Shown here: one piece after another, positions 1 to 9,937 of the stretch | How the letters are laid out: each line of letters starts with the position of its first letter | Numbering within the stretch: the first letter of the stretch is position 1 | Origin: a virus | Reading direction: 5' to 3' (one strand) | IMG/VR virus record: IMGVR_UViG_3300006737_000029 | Location: 8,126-72,125 of that record | DNA length: 64,000 nucleotides | The notes under the pieces: generated by a model | Told to the model about the DNA's origin: nothing | Database searches by the model: none | The model's input: the letters and a program-made list of their open reading frames with translations, nothing else | Position numbers and translations under genes: made by a program

Positions 1-703
1 ACTCATGAAACTTAGATTGCTTTTTCATCCAGTCTCTTGGGTGAGTTGACTTGAAAGCTTGTGTAACATGGTTGTAAAACATCCACGCTGTGTCAGGATC
101 AACACCATAAGCAAATGATGGTTTTTCCATCTCATTTTTAATAACAGACATTTGTTGACTATCTACAAGTTTTTCTTGCATATATAAACGTCCTGCTAAT
201 TCTGCTTGTTCTTTAAGTGATAAAGTTATACCCTGAAAAGCATTCTTATCAGTAATAAGCTGATTAAAGTTTTGCTTTGCCACACTTATTTGACCTGCAA
301 TTGATAATGCAATATCTGCATTAGCAGTTCCAGTATGCTTTCTACCAAACGTAGCTATATCTCCATGAACCATTCCATTATTACATACAAATACATAAGC
401 TCCTATGCCGCATTGGAATCTAGTACTCTTATCATATGAATTGGTCCAAGCAAACATCATTCCCATATCAGCATCCTGAGTCATCCCAGGACTACTAATA
501 TGATAAATACCTTGTGCTACATTAGCATTATGACTTGCTCTAAAGGTTTGATTATCAACCGTTAAACCATTGACTTTCAATAGTTTCTGTGTGTGATCCA
601 TCACTTCTTTATGTGATACCACTGTATACGTCTTACCATGTTGTGGTAAGGATGCATTCTCAAGGAATGCTTTTGTTGTTGTTATTGCTTTTTTATGTCC
701 CAT
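1..703 (-). CDS. DUF932/DUF945-like phage protein (runs off the window edge; absent from ORF track)
   Basis: ATG at 703 translates MGHKKAITTTKAFLENASLPQHGKTYTVVSH...FAWTNSYDKSTRFQCGIGAYVFVCNNGMVHG; the N-S-x-D...VC-x-NG pattern is typical of DUF932; TAAATTTG promoter element at 711-718. Confidence 0.65.
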   Translation of the reverse strand, partial: MGHKKAITTTKAFLENASLPQHGKTYTVVSHKEVMDHTQKLLKVNGLTVDNQTFRASHNANVAQGIYHISSPGMTQDADMGMMFAWTNSYDKSTRFQCGIGAYVFVCNNGMVHGDIATFGRKHTGTANADIALSIAGQISVAKQNFNQLITDKNAFQGITLSLKEQAELAGRLYMQEKLVDSQQMSVIKNEMEKPSFAYGVDPDTAWMFYNHVTQAFKSTHPRDWMKKQSKFHE

Positions 704-710
704 ATTGTTA

Positions 711-718
711 CAAATTTA
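711..718 (-). promoter_or_regulatory. Bacteroidota sigma70 -7 element (TAAATTTG)
   Basis: Matches TAnnTTTG, 7 nt upstream of the ATG at 703. Confidence 0.5.
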
Positions 719-2713
719 TTAAAATAAGTTTAATTGATTACTACTAAATCCTAGAATATTATTGATCTCTTTCTCTATAGCTTGCTGATAATATTTATAG
801 TTAATATCATACTCAGAGAACTTCCCTTTTAGTTCCATATTATTAAACACGGTACTCATCCAGGGGCCTGCTTCTAACTGTATTATACGCCCATCATTCT
901 TGTTAACTTTAATTAACTTGGATCCTGATTTAGTAATATAATATCTGTTAATTTTTTGCAGGTTATCTGACTTAGCTTCACCTTCTTTTACATACTCCGC
1001 TTTTACTTGCCAACCATTGTTAGTTTTAGAACCAATACAATAGTCTAGAATATTTGTGTTTTCTTTAAGATACTCTTCAGGTAACTTATTGTTTACAAAA
1101 TATTCATATATACCTTTTGGTATTACAAGCTTGGATTTGTTTTTATGAAGTGCTAATCCTGTGAATTCAAAACGACCCTTACATTTAACAGGTGAATAAT
1201 AGAATTTATCCTTCTCTACTTTAAATAAATAGTGAGAATTTTTTCTTTTTATTTCTCTCCATGTAGTTAGGTCTGTCTCAACAGGTTTAAAAATACCAAT
1301 ATAATTATTGACATCTCCAAAGATAAGTCTTTGATATTCATCATGTTCTAAATTTAGTTCAGTTGCCTCTTCCCATTGCTTACATACTTTATAATACTCT
1401 TCCTTTGCTGACTCAGGAATAATAGTCTCAATACCGTCAGTGTTTTGCATAATTGCACGTGCTTCTGGTATTGCTTCCATAATCATTTCATAAAGCATCA
1501 TGAGCGTCAATTGCCCATTGATTGTAATCCGCATTGTGAACTCCGGATCATACAGAAAAGAATTCTTATCATTAGATAAACCATATGTACTATTAAGTAT
1601 AATTTTATATACATAATTCATAGGATTACTCTTAGGAATCTTTTTTCTTTCTGTAAAGAACCACTCATATAGTTCACAAAACTGTGACTTAGGTAAGTGT
1701 GCTGGAGACCAACCATTCTTAATTGCTAGATTAGGATAGAAAGATGTAACATCTGATGACATTATTATCTCTCCTTCTTGAGGCTCATATACACCGGGGC
1801 TTGCTGCACCGTGTACTCCTCCTAAACCAAAATCTGTTTTCACTCCCTTATATTTAACACTATACTTAAAGGCCCCTTTTATATTAAGAGGGTCTAATTC
1901 TACAGTTTTAAATCTTTCAAGAAGTTTTTGAAACTCTGGTGTTTTAAATGATACATAAGGTAATATAATATCTTGTAACTTAATTACTTTTCTAAACGTT
2001 CTCATCTTCTTAAGTTCCCATTTGGGTATGTCTAACTCTTTGCTGAGGTAGTAACCAAACAGTTCCTTGCTGATCCTAGGTTCAGATGCATTAAATAAAT
2101 TAATATTATATTGTTGTGATAAATCTTTTCTTAATCCTATTAGCGCTTTGGATCTATTATATATTTCTTGAGTTGCTCTTACATCATTGATACAATAATC
2201 AATAACCATATCAACTTCTTGTTGAGTAGTTATTTCTGTGTCATGAGCAATAGGCATATCAAGAATATTATTCCAATCCATTGTATACTCTATCCATTTT
2301 AGGCTAGATAGTTTTGCCATATTATCCCAATGATTTAACTTGAATACATCTATTTGAGGAATGACCATCTTCCATTCAGGATACTTAGAGAACTCTCTGT
2401 TGTTAGATCTTTGAATAGTAGCTTGTGCTTCCTCATATATATGATGAACTAAGTCTTCAGTTGATGCTGCTAGCACAGCCTTCTTCTTATCAAGAAACCA
2501 GTGTGTTATCTGTGCATCAAATCCTAAACCATTAAATGATATATGATACTCTTTATTATTTTTATTTTGTTCAAGAAATTCTATAAAAGCTTTTCTATCA
2601 TCTCTGAATTTATGAATAACAAATGTTTTAGTCTCTTCTGTTTTGTAATGTTTAAATACTCCACAAAAGAAATTACACAATGTTTCATAATCCATTACCC
2701 AATGGTTCTTCAT
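719..2713 (-). CDS. polB: Family B DNA polymerase with 3'-5' exonuclease domain
   Basis: ExoI DYET, ExoII FNGLGFD, ExoIII YCIND; motif A SSDVTSFYPN, motif B YKIILNSTYG, motif C NTDG; C-terminal QLNLF. Confidence 0.93.
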   Translation of the reverse strand: MKNHWVMDYETLCNFFCGVFKHYKTEETKTFVIHKFRDDRKAFIEFLEQNKNNKEYHISFNGLGFDAQITHWFLDKKKAVLAASTEDLVHHIYEEAQATIQRSNNREFSKYPEWKMVIPQIDVFKLNHWDNMAKLSSLKWIEYTMDWNNILDMPIAHDTEITTQQEVDMVIDYCINDVRATQEIYNRSKALIGLRKDLSQQYNINLFNASEPRISKELFGYYLSKELDIPKWELKKMRTFRKVIKLQDIILPYVSFKTPEFQKLLERFKTVELDPLNIKGAFKYSVKYKGVKTDFGLGGVHGAASPGVYEPQEGEIIMSSDVTSFYPNLAIKNGWSPAHLPKSQFCELYEWFFTERKKIPKSNPMNYVYKIILNSTYGLSNDKNSFLYDPEFTMRITINGQLTLMMLYEMIMEAIPEARAIMQNTDGIETIIPESAKEEYYKVCKQWEEATELNLEHDEYQRLIFGDVNNYIGIFKPVETDLTTWREIKRKNSHYLFKVEKDKFYYSPVKCKGRFEFTGLALHKNKSKLVIPKGIYEYFVNNKLPEEYLKENTNILDYCIGSKTNNGWQVKAEYVKEGEAKSDNLQKINRYYITKSGSKLIKVNKNDGRIIQLEAGPWMSTVFNNMELKGKFSEYDINYKYYQQAIEKEINNILGFSSNQLNLF

Positions 2714-2946
2714 ATTTTAAATCTTCCCCATTTAGGATCTTGAGCATCCATATCTGCATCAAAATTTGCTCTATCAGCAGCTTTATTATGATGAGCATTG
2801 AATAATTTTAAATTTTCATTCTCTTCTTCAATTTCACCACTATATTTCCACAACTGATCTGCAGTCATTTCTATTGGACCGTTATCTTTTTTGTCCTGTT
2901 TTGCTTTTATTATCCCTTCTATAAACTTTTTTATATTTTCTTTCAT
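2710..2946 (-). CDS. hypothetical protein
   Basis: 78-aa ORF with 4-nt overlap to the polB start. Confidence 0.6.
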   Translation of the reverse strand: MKENIKKFIEGIIKAKQDKKDNGPIEMTADQLWKYSGEIEEENENLKLFNAHHNKAADRANFDADMDAQDPKWGRFKI

Positions 2947-3064
2947 AAGCTTCCATGTTTTTCATTAATTGATTTTGTTGTTCTATTCTACGACCTTCTT
3001 CTAGTGCATATCTCCCTAGAAAAAAGGTACCTGCAAGTACTGCTAATAATATTATTGTTGACAT
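2882..3064 (-). CDS. small membrane-anchored hypothetical protein
   Basis: N-terminal hydrophobic helix MSTIILLAVLAGTFFLG, basic tail, AAACCA-ATG start context. Confidence 0.55.
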   Translation of the reverse strand: MSTIILLAVLAGTFFLGRYALEEGRRIEQQNQLMKNMEAYERKYKKVYRRDNKSKTGQKR

Positions 3065-3082
3065 TGGTTTAAATTTGAGACC

Positions 3083-3106
3083 AAAAAAAGGGACCGAAGT
3101 CCCTTT
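3083..3106 (-). terminator. intrinsic terminator with C(UUCG)G tetraloop
   Basis: Minus strand reads AAAGGGAC-TTCG-GTCCCTTTTTTT, downstream of ORF 3133-3585. Confidence 0.85.
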
Positions 3107-3132
3107 CCCTGGATTGGTTAATAAAGAAAACC

Positions 3133-3585
3133 CTAAACTAAGTTCAGGTTAGTTGCTTTCTCGGAAGAAAGTGCTCTTTTCATTTCCTCCACATCATTCT
3201 CAATGATAGGAGCATATTCATATGAATCAGCATTTATTGCAAATCTCTCAATGAAATCCTTGATTTCAGTTTCTTCTACAATATAATACTCAGCATGTGT
3301 TTGCATCATAACTCTTTGTTCTTTGGTGTCTTTACCATTTGGTCTTTTACCAATTTTCATTTTGACTTCATCTCCATTGTCATCAATCTTTGGAACAAAG
3401 TGATAAGAATTTTTATTAATTCTTGAAATAACAGCAAGTATTTTACTACTTGGGTCAAAAATAACCTCTACATATGGACAATCCACAGTAACAGGTGTTA
3501 ACTTGAATGTTTTGTATGGTCCCCAGTTTGATGTTGTTAGCAACATATTCTGTCCATACATTGGTTTTGTGTTTCCTTTACTCAT
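3133..3585 (-). CDS. hypothetical protein
   Basis: 150-aa ORF in the operon; TATCTTTG element upstream at 3612-3619. Confidence 0.7.
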   Translation of the reverse strand: MSKGNTKPMYGQNMLLTTSNWGPYKTFKLTPVTVDCPYVEVIFDPSSKILAVISRINKNSYHFVPKIDDNGDEVKMKIGKRPNGKDTKEQRVMMQTHAEYYIVEETEIKDFIERFAINADSYEYAPIIENDVEEMKRALSSEKATNLNLV

Positions 3586-4172
3586 TTTAAAATATATTTT
3601 GAATTAGAATACAAAGATAACATTTTATTCTTAAAAATAATAGCTTTGTCAGGTTTTTTATATATAAGGTGTTCTTTATCCATATCCGGTTTACTACATA
3701 GTTCTCCTACCTCTTGCAGCTGTGATACATCAACATTAAGTTCTTCTGCATATTGATCCATATAGTACTTAGGATATAAAAATTCTTCAACATATCTTGC
3801 TATTGCACCTTTCTCACCAAAGAAATTCATAACAGTATCTTTTGTTGACTCAGTGAAATTAGAGTATTTTCCTCTGACCAGGCTTACATAGTCAGAAGCA
3901 AAATCACTCATATCAAACACATATAGGTGAACATTCTTATCAAGAGAGACATAATCAAAAAATAATATATTAGAAAACAAAAAGTCATTTTCAAATCTTG
4001 ACCACTCTTCACTCTTTTTTTGTTCATATAGACAAATAAATTTCTTATCCTTTACGGTGAAATTATCCGCCCAACTTAAAAACGTTTCTACTGGAACAAA
4101 ATCCACCCCTTTCTTTATACCTAATAAAGGATAGAGGAAGACTTTGCTTTTTTGGAAGTATTCTGTATACAT
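3582..4172 (-). CDS. hypothetical protein
   Basis: 196-aa ORF abutting both neighbours. Confidence 0.7.
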   Translation of the reverse strand: MYTEYFQKSKVFLYPLLGIKKGVDFVPVETFLSWADNFTVKDKKFICLYEQKKSEEWSRFENDFLFSNILFFDYVSLDKNVHLYVFDMSDFASDYVSLVRGKYSNFTESTKDTVMNFFGEKGAIARYVEEFLYPKYYMDQYAEELNVDVSQLQEVGELCSKPDMDKEHLIYKKPDKAIIFKNKMLSLYSNSKYILK

Positions 4173-5180
4173 TTATAACACAACTTTATTATTAATAAAC
4201 TCATACGGTAAATCAAAGTTCATTTCTTCTAAGTGAAACTTACACGCCTTTAATACTTCCATGAGTTGCTTACCCCATGATTGCATTGTAGCTTCACTTA
4301 CTTCAAAATTATACACTTGATTATACGTATCTACTACTATAAAGTTAAAGTTTATTTTGTAACCTTGTATACCATCTGGTATATTTTTTAATACCAACAT
4401 TGTATAAACAGCAGCCTGCATCCAATAATTATAATAATCTACAGTGTCAACAAAACTGACGATAGACTTACCTGACGTTTTTATGTCTATGATAGTGATT
4501 GCTCTTTTCTTATGGTCTATAATGTATTTATCTACATAACCCTTAAGACCAAACTTAATATCCCTTAGATCACATTCTAGGTATGATTCTGCAAATGATT
4601 CAGTTTCATCTAACTCAAAGTCTGTTATAACTGGATCAAGTAAATCCATTATATCTTTCTTTGACTTAACAATCTCTACACGTTCTAATGTTCTGTCATA
4701 CATATCCTGATCAATGATGTCTTTACCCTCTGATACAAGTAGAAATTTAAAATACTCCTTGTTATCATCCGTGAGTACCTTAGATAATCTCTTTGAGTCA
4801 TCTTTGATAGACTGATATAAATTCTGATGTTTCAATGCACTAATGATCTCAGGTTCTAAATCTTCTAAGTCCCCAACAGCATTTCCTTTAACTTCATTAA
4901 GGACTCTACGCACAGCATCTGATGGTATCTTACCCGGTAGTAATGCAAAATCATTCTTAAAATTATCTGGTTGCAATAATAATAGATGTAACAACCTGCC
5001 CTCTATTAGATGCTTTTCTGTTCTTACTTCTCTATCTTTAAGGACATAGTCCTTGTAGAAAAGCTTAGGGGAGAACCTAAGTCTATTCATACTTGAATAT
5101 GAAAACTTAAATTCTCCTCTGTCATACTTATCTTTAAATATTTGCTCTTTGTCTGTCATATTAAAATGGTAATCCGTCAT
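4173..5180 (-). CDS. PD-(D/E)XK exonuclease (RecE/ExoVIII/Cas4-like)
   Basis: FSYSSM N-terminal motif; LKGYVDKY...IIDIKTS catalytic motif; YWMQAAVY motif. Confidence 0.8.
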   Translation of the reverse strand: MTDYHFNMTDKEQIFKDKYDRGEFKFSYSSMNRLRFSPKLFYKDYVLKDREVRTEKHLIEGRLLHLLLLQPDNFKNDFALLPGKIPSDAVRRVLNEVKGNAVGDLEDLEPEIISALKHQNLYQSIKDDSKRLSKVLTDDNKEYFKFLLVSEGKDIIDQDMYDRTLERVEIVKSKKDIMDLLDPVITDFELDETESFAESYLECDLRDIKFGLKGYVDKYIIDHKKRAITIIDIKTSGKSIVSFVDTVDYYNYWMQAAVYTMLVLKNIPDGIQGYKINFNFIVVDTYNQVYNFEVSEATMQSWGKQLMEVLKACKFHLEEMNFDLPYEFINNKVVL

Positions 5181-6408
5181 TTAATTCTAGGGTGCTGGCC
5201 TCTTTGACCGCTTGATTAAACCCTACACTCTTTACTTTACTCTTCATATCAGGAGTTAAACTTATAGAACTTCTTTCTATTTTGAATACTTCCTTTGAAT
5301 TTGCTAGACCTGTAGCATTAAGAACTACTTCTTCAAATACTAAATCTAATACATGCTCCATTGCATTCTTAGTTAAAGCATCATCTTCAACAAGAAGCCT
5401 TATAAGATTCTCATACCTAACTGCATTCCCATAGTTATAACTTGTATTGTCATAATATTTCTGAAAAGCTTTTCTTAAACTCTTAAAGTTAACCGTGTTA
5501 TAAGTTTTGGTATTCTTAAAAGTTTCAAAGTAATGAAAGAATAATATTGCTATATAAGTCTTAGATGTTTCAATGTTACAGTTTGCCAACGTTGTCATTG
5601 CTACTGTAATATCTTCTTTGTTACCAGACTTAATCATATCCTTTAACTGAAGATACATTTCATCATCTAATGTAACTGAGTCAGAAGACATTAATTTATT
5701 AGCGTCTTCATCTAAGATCCATTTAAAGTTTCCACTAACTATATCTTTAAAGGTTTCAGCATTCTTACTTTCTATAAAAGCTCTACAATCAATTGCGTTG
5801 CTATTCTGATTAAAAGAAGTCATCACCGGCTTGAAATATTTTTCAATACAATCAGGATGATAATAATAGTTACCATTTCTAGTATTAATTAAACAGTCAT
5901 CTTCTAATCCATCAATTACTTTAATTATCTCTAACCAATTGTCAAAAGACGCAGTATTATTCTGAACAACTTCCTTAAACATATCAACAGTTACGTACTC
6001 AGAATACCATGTCTCTTTGATTATGTTAGTTAATAAACCATAAGATAATATTCTAACATCAGCTTTGCTAGCATCTCTAATAACTTTTATGTCATTATCA
6101 GTACAAAATAAAGATACCTTATCTCTAGATAAATTTAATTTTGGATACCTGTACATAGTTTTAATACCACTAAAGTCATGGACTTGTTGTGATTTTAATT
6201 CATCTATCATACTTCTAACATACTTATCCATTCTGTCATAACCACCACCACGGTTACGTTCTGCATCTTTAGCAGTTAAGAATACATCAGGTATGTAATG
6301 ACCCGGATCTTTTAAGATTATATTTTCTTTTTTTATTTTAGCATGAGCAATTCCTTCATCATCAGAAGGCATTTGCCAGTTTAAATCATAAATTTTTATC
6401 AATTTCAT
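5161..6408 (-). CDS. MoxR-locus accessory protein A (BRCT-like domain plus shared helical motif)
   Basis: MYRYPKLNLSRDKV...IKVIRDASKADVRILSY resembles BRCT; LDDEMYLQLKDMIKSGNKED motif; C-terminal DGLPF. Confidence 0.55.
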   Translation of the reverse strand: MKLIKIYDLNWQMPSDDEGIAHAKIKKENIILKDPGHYIPDVFLTAKDAERNRGGGYDRMDKYVRSMIDELKSQQVHDFSGIKTMYRYPKLNLSRDKVSLFCTDNDIKVIRDASKADVRILSYGLLTNIIKETWYSEYVTVDMFKEVVQNNTASFDNWLEIIKVIDGLEDDCLINTRNGNYYYHPDCIEKYFKPVMTSFNQNSNAIDCRAFIESKNAETFKDIVSGNFKWILDEDANKLMSSDSVTLDDEMYLQLKDMIKSGNKEDITVAMTTLANCNIETSKTYIAILFFHYFETFKNTKTYNTVNFKSLRKAFQKYYDNTSYNYGNAVRYENLIRLLVEDDALTKNAMEHVLDLVFEEVVLNATGLANSKEVFKIERSSISLTPDMKSKVKSVGFNQAVKEASTLELNDGLPF

Positions 6409-6412
6409 TTTA

Positions 6413-7480
6413 TTAATTTTTAATTTTTAAATACTTTTCTCTATACTCTGGTTTAATCTCTACTTTAAATACATACAAATCTCTATTAGATATATAAATA
6501 TCTGATCTACATTTAGGCTCCATGTATTTAAATCCTACAGGAGTTAATACTCCTAATTCATCATGCTCTTTTATAAAATCTTCAGCACTTAGTCTTTGAT
6601 ACCAGTCAAATCTAATATCATCAACCCAATGACTAAAGTCTTTATTACGTGATGAAATTCTGTAATGACTAATTTCTTGACACATCTTCCAGATCAAATG
6701 GTGGTTAATATCAGACTGAATAGTAGGAAGAATCTTAACTAACATCTCTTTGTCATCATCACCGCTATTATACATAGCCACAATAGTTTCTAACAATTCA
6801 TCTGTTAAAGGTTGCATGTTAGGAGATTCACGTAAGACTCTGTCTTCATCTACTGTCTCAGCACCATTTCTAATCTTCTCTAATATTTCTAATCCCATTC
6901 CTGTATATACATAACAATCATATGGAAGAGAATCATATTCAGCATAAGACAAACTACTGTTTAGTTTTTCCCACATACCAGGATCATTTATCACATGCCC
7001 CACTTGCTCTTGTTCCATCCAATCATTCATTGCATCACACAGAGGTTCATGAGTTTCAAATTCAGTTATACTATAACCGTTATTTACTTTAAACATGATC
7101 TTACGCATTGGAAGATTTTCTGAATGATTAAGATCTTCATATACATTATAGTTAGTAATAAATATATCTGCGTCAGAAACTTTATTAGTTATCTTTATGC
7201 TATGTTCACTAAGTTCCTGCTTCATTCTATCTGCAGATATACTTGACCCTGGTAAGATAAATGCTTTCTTACCATTCATATTTCTTAAGGGAGTTTCTTT
7301 ATCCCCGGTAACCCAATCTTTATGTTTTTCCCATGCGTCTCCACAATCACTTACAATTACTGTAGTACGTTTAGAGCTATCTCTAGAACAGATCATACCA
7401 TTGATGTCTGTACTAGAGAGCCCTAAATTAGTAACTGTTTGTGTCATAGAACGCACATCTTTGTGCAATTCTTTACTCAT
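6413..7480 (-). CDS. MoxR-locus accessory protein B (BRCT-like, distant paralog of A)
   Basis: GKKAFILPGSSISADRMKQELSEHSIKITNKVSDADIFITNY; LTDELLETIVAMYNSGDDD motif. Confidence 0.55.
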   Translation of the reverse strand: MSKELHKDVRSMTQTVTNLGLSSTDINGMICSRDSSKRTTVIVSDCGDAWEKHKDWVTGDKETPLRNMNGKKAFILPGSSISADRMKQELSEHSIKITNKVSDADIFITNYNVYEDLNHSENLPMRKIMFKVNNGYSITEFETHEPLCDAMNDWMEQEQVGHVINDPGMWEKLNSSLSYAEYDSLPYDCYVYTGMGLEILEKIRNGAETVDEDRVLRESPNMQPLTDELLETIVAMYNSGDDDKEMLVKILPTIQSDINHHLIWKMCQEISHYRISSRNKDFSHWVDDIRFDWYQRLSAEDFIKEHDELGVLTPVGFKYMEPKCRSDIYISNRDLYVFKVEIKPEYREKYLKIKN

Positions 7481-7481
7481 A

Positions 7482-8747
7482 TTACTTAAGTGTCATTTTA
7501 ATAATTTCCGGATTCATCATAAACTTATTAAACTTCTGCTTGTTACCATTAAAGATAGTTCTAACAACTAAATACTTAAGATCATTAGAAAAGTAATCTT
7601 TAGTACACAATTTTAATAGTCTATCAGTAATCTTCTGATTAACTGTATTCTCCTTAGAGTATACAACAGCATAGTTAGCAAGTCTTGTTGCTAATGTTGA
7701 AGCAATGTCTGCACGGTAAGTATCTTCTTTACCAACACAACTGCTCAACTCTCCTACTATGTATGCCTCATTCTCATGAGTTAACAAGTCTTTTGGTGTA
7801 ACTAACTTGTCTAACTTATTGTTAATGAATATTGTAAACATAGAAGCAAACTCCTCACCTACACTACCTTCACCAATCATTTGGATTAATGGTAGGTTTT
7901 CATCAAAGTTATCAAAGCTAGATATAGCATTAAAGAATGTTGATATAGATCTAGCATTAGTCTCTTGAGTTACTAACTCAGGATGCATTAATAAGAAGTT
8001 AATACATCTAGTGTCTATACCTTCTTCTTCTGCCCAACGAGCCCATACATCTACATCAAACTTTAGATTAGCTGTAATGTATCTTGTCTTCTGTGCTGAG
8101 TCAATACTATTAACCATGTAATCACCGTTATCAGGATTAGCTGTCAAGATGATGTGCCAATCTTCTGGTAAAGTCCATGAGATGTAAGTCTGACGGTCTA
8201 CTAACTCCATAACTGCTTGGATGAATCTTGTATCTGCACGATTCCAGTCATCAAGTAAAAGGATACCACCTTTCTTTCTTCCTGCTATCCATTCAGGTGC
8301 ACAGTAAGACATACGGTTTGCACCGGTCATCTTCCATCCACTCTTAAGATATTCAGATACAGCTAACTCATCAACCCACTGACCAACTTTCTTAGTAGTA
8401 GTTTTATTTGCTAGCTTAAGTAGATCATCAGTTGCAGCGCCAGTTCTACCATAGTTTACATCATCACCCTTAACAGGTACTTGCTTCTCTTTATACATTT
8501 GGAATTGTCTAGTAGGAAAACCTACAAGGTCACCCAACTCTTCTATCTGTGCTAAGTTTAACTTAACAAAATCTAGATCATGTTCCTTAGCCATATCCAT
8601 GATAGATGTTGTCTTACCAATACCGGACTCACCAACAACTTCAATTGCTACTGGTTTCTTTCCTTGCTTCTGTAAGAATCTGTTATTATCTACTACGTGA
8701 TTTACAAATCCTTTTAGTTCATCAATGTTTAAATTTACTTGTGCCAT
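7482..8747 (-). CDS. MoxR-like AAA+ ATPase
   Basis: Walker A GESGIGKT, Walker B LLLDDWNRA, sensor ILTANP, SIDSAQKTR arginine-finger region; adjacent to a vWA gene. Confidence 0.88.
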   Translation of the reverse strand: MAQVNLNIDELKGFVNHVVDNNRFLQKQGKKPVAIEVVGESGIGKTTSIMDMAKEHDLDFVKLNLAQIEELGDLVGFPTRQFQMYKEKQVPVKGDDVNYGRTGAATDDLLKLANKTTTKKVGQWVDELAVSEYLKSGWKMTGANRMSYCAPEWIAGRKKGGILLLDDWNRADTRFIQAVMELVDRQTYISWTLPEDWHIILTANPDNGDYMVNSIDSAQKTRYITANLKFDVDVWARWAEEEGIDTRCINFLLMHPELVTQETNARSISTFFNAISSFDNFDENLPLIQMIGEGSVGEEFASMFTIFINNKLDKLVTPKDLLTHENEAYIVGELSSCVGKEDTYRADIASTLATRLANYAVVYSKENTVNQKITDRLLKLCTKDYFSNDLKYLVVRTIFNGNKQKFNKFMMNPEIIKMTLK

Positions 8748-8755
8748 AATTTCTT

Positions 8756-9937
8756 TTATTTATTAATTTGAATTTTGAGTCCTGGTAAGTCTTCATTTAT
8801 ACTACAACGAGAACTGTGTACCCAAAGAGCATTCTTTGGACAGTCTTCTGGAGTATATGCTTCACCATCTGTTAAATATATTAGAGCAGTGTAATGCCCC
8901 TTTTCATTGTAATGATCTATTACAGGTTGGAAGCTTGTGCCTCCTCTACCTTTGATCTCCCAATCCTTTCTTGGATTGAATTCCTCTACGGAATTTATAC
9001 TTGTGTCACACTGTACTACTGTAATTTTGTGACCCGTTTTATGCATGTGTGTAAGCTCATTCATGAACTCTTTAAGTTCATCATTAGATACAGATCCGCT
9101 TGTGTCAACACCAACACAGATATGATTCTTGTATTTAATCTTAAGCCCTGGACTACCAGTATACCTTTTATTATATTTACGCCTAAGTTTCTTAGTGTAT
9201 ATAATACTAGAATTACCAACAAATCTTCTTAAGTATTGCTTCCACGGAAATGCTGGTTGTTCTATTTCATTTAACTTCCTTATTATCTCTGCTAATTCAC
9301 CAGGTATTGAACCACATCTTTTTTCAGTAGCTTCAGCAGTTTCTTTTAACTGATGTTCAATTTGTTTTTGAACTAACTTCTTATCAGCTTCAGATAATTC
9401 TTCAAACTCATCCCATGTAGGATGACAATAAGGACTAGCCCCATCCATATTACCTAATATGTTATCTAGTGTAGGAGACGTACCATCTTGTTGTGCTCCC
9501 TTTAGAAGATCATAATACACCTTAGTACCTGCTCTTGTTGGAAGATTTAATTCAGAAAATGTTTCTAATGTTAGACCACCTTCTGGAAGATAATCATGAT
9601 CAATATACTGATTGATCTCTATGTCTGCGGCTACATTAAACAATCTCATATCATCAAACTTATCTCTTATTAACAAATGCCCAAAAGACACATGTAATAT
9701 CTCATGCTTTAATAAACCAATCTGTTGTTTTTCATTTAGTCCATCAAAGAATTCTGGATTAATTGCTAGCTGCACACCCATTCCATTCTTGCTCACACCT
9801 GCAGTGGGCAAATCATTTCTATATTTCTTGTTCATTCCAACGAGAAACAAACCATAGAATGGTTCCTTAAACATCAGTGACTTACAAGCTTTAGATACTT
9901 TATCTACTATTTTTTGTATGTTAATAGTTGTATTCAT
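8756..9937 (-). CDS. DUF2201-type metallopeptidase-vWA protein (MoxR partner)
   Basis: HEILH zincin motif; vWA MIDAS DTSGS, GRGGTSFQPV, YLTDG. Confidence 0.88.
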   Translation of the reverse strand: MNTTINIQKIVDKVSKACKSLMFKEPFYGLFLVGMNKKYRNDLPTAGVSKNGMGVQLAINPEFFDGLNEKQQIGLLKHEILHVSFGHLLIRDKFDDMRLFNVAADIEINQYIDHDYLPEGGLTLETFSELNLPTRAGTKVYYDLLKGAQQDGTSPTLDNILGNMDGASPYCHPTWDEFEELSEADKKLVQKQIEHQLKETAEATEKRCGSIPGELAEIIRKLNEIEQPAFPWKQYLRRFVGNSSIIYTKKLRRKYNKRYTGSPGLKIKYKNHICVGVDTSGSVSNDELKEFMNELTHMHKTGHKITVVQCDTSINSVEEFNPRKDWEIKGRGGTSFQPVIDHYNEKGHYTALIYLTDGEAYTPEDCPKNALWVHSSRCSINEDLPGLKIQINK

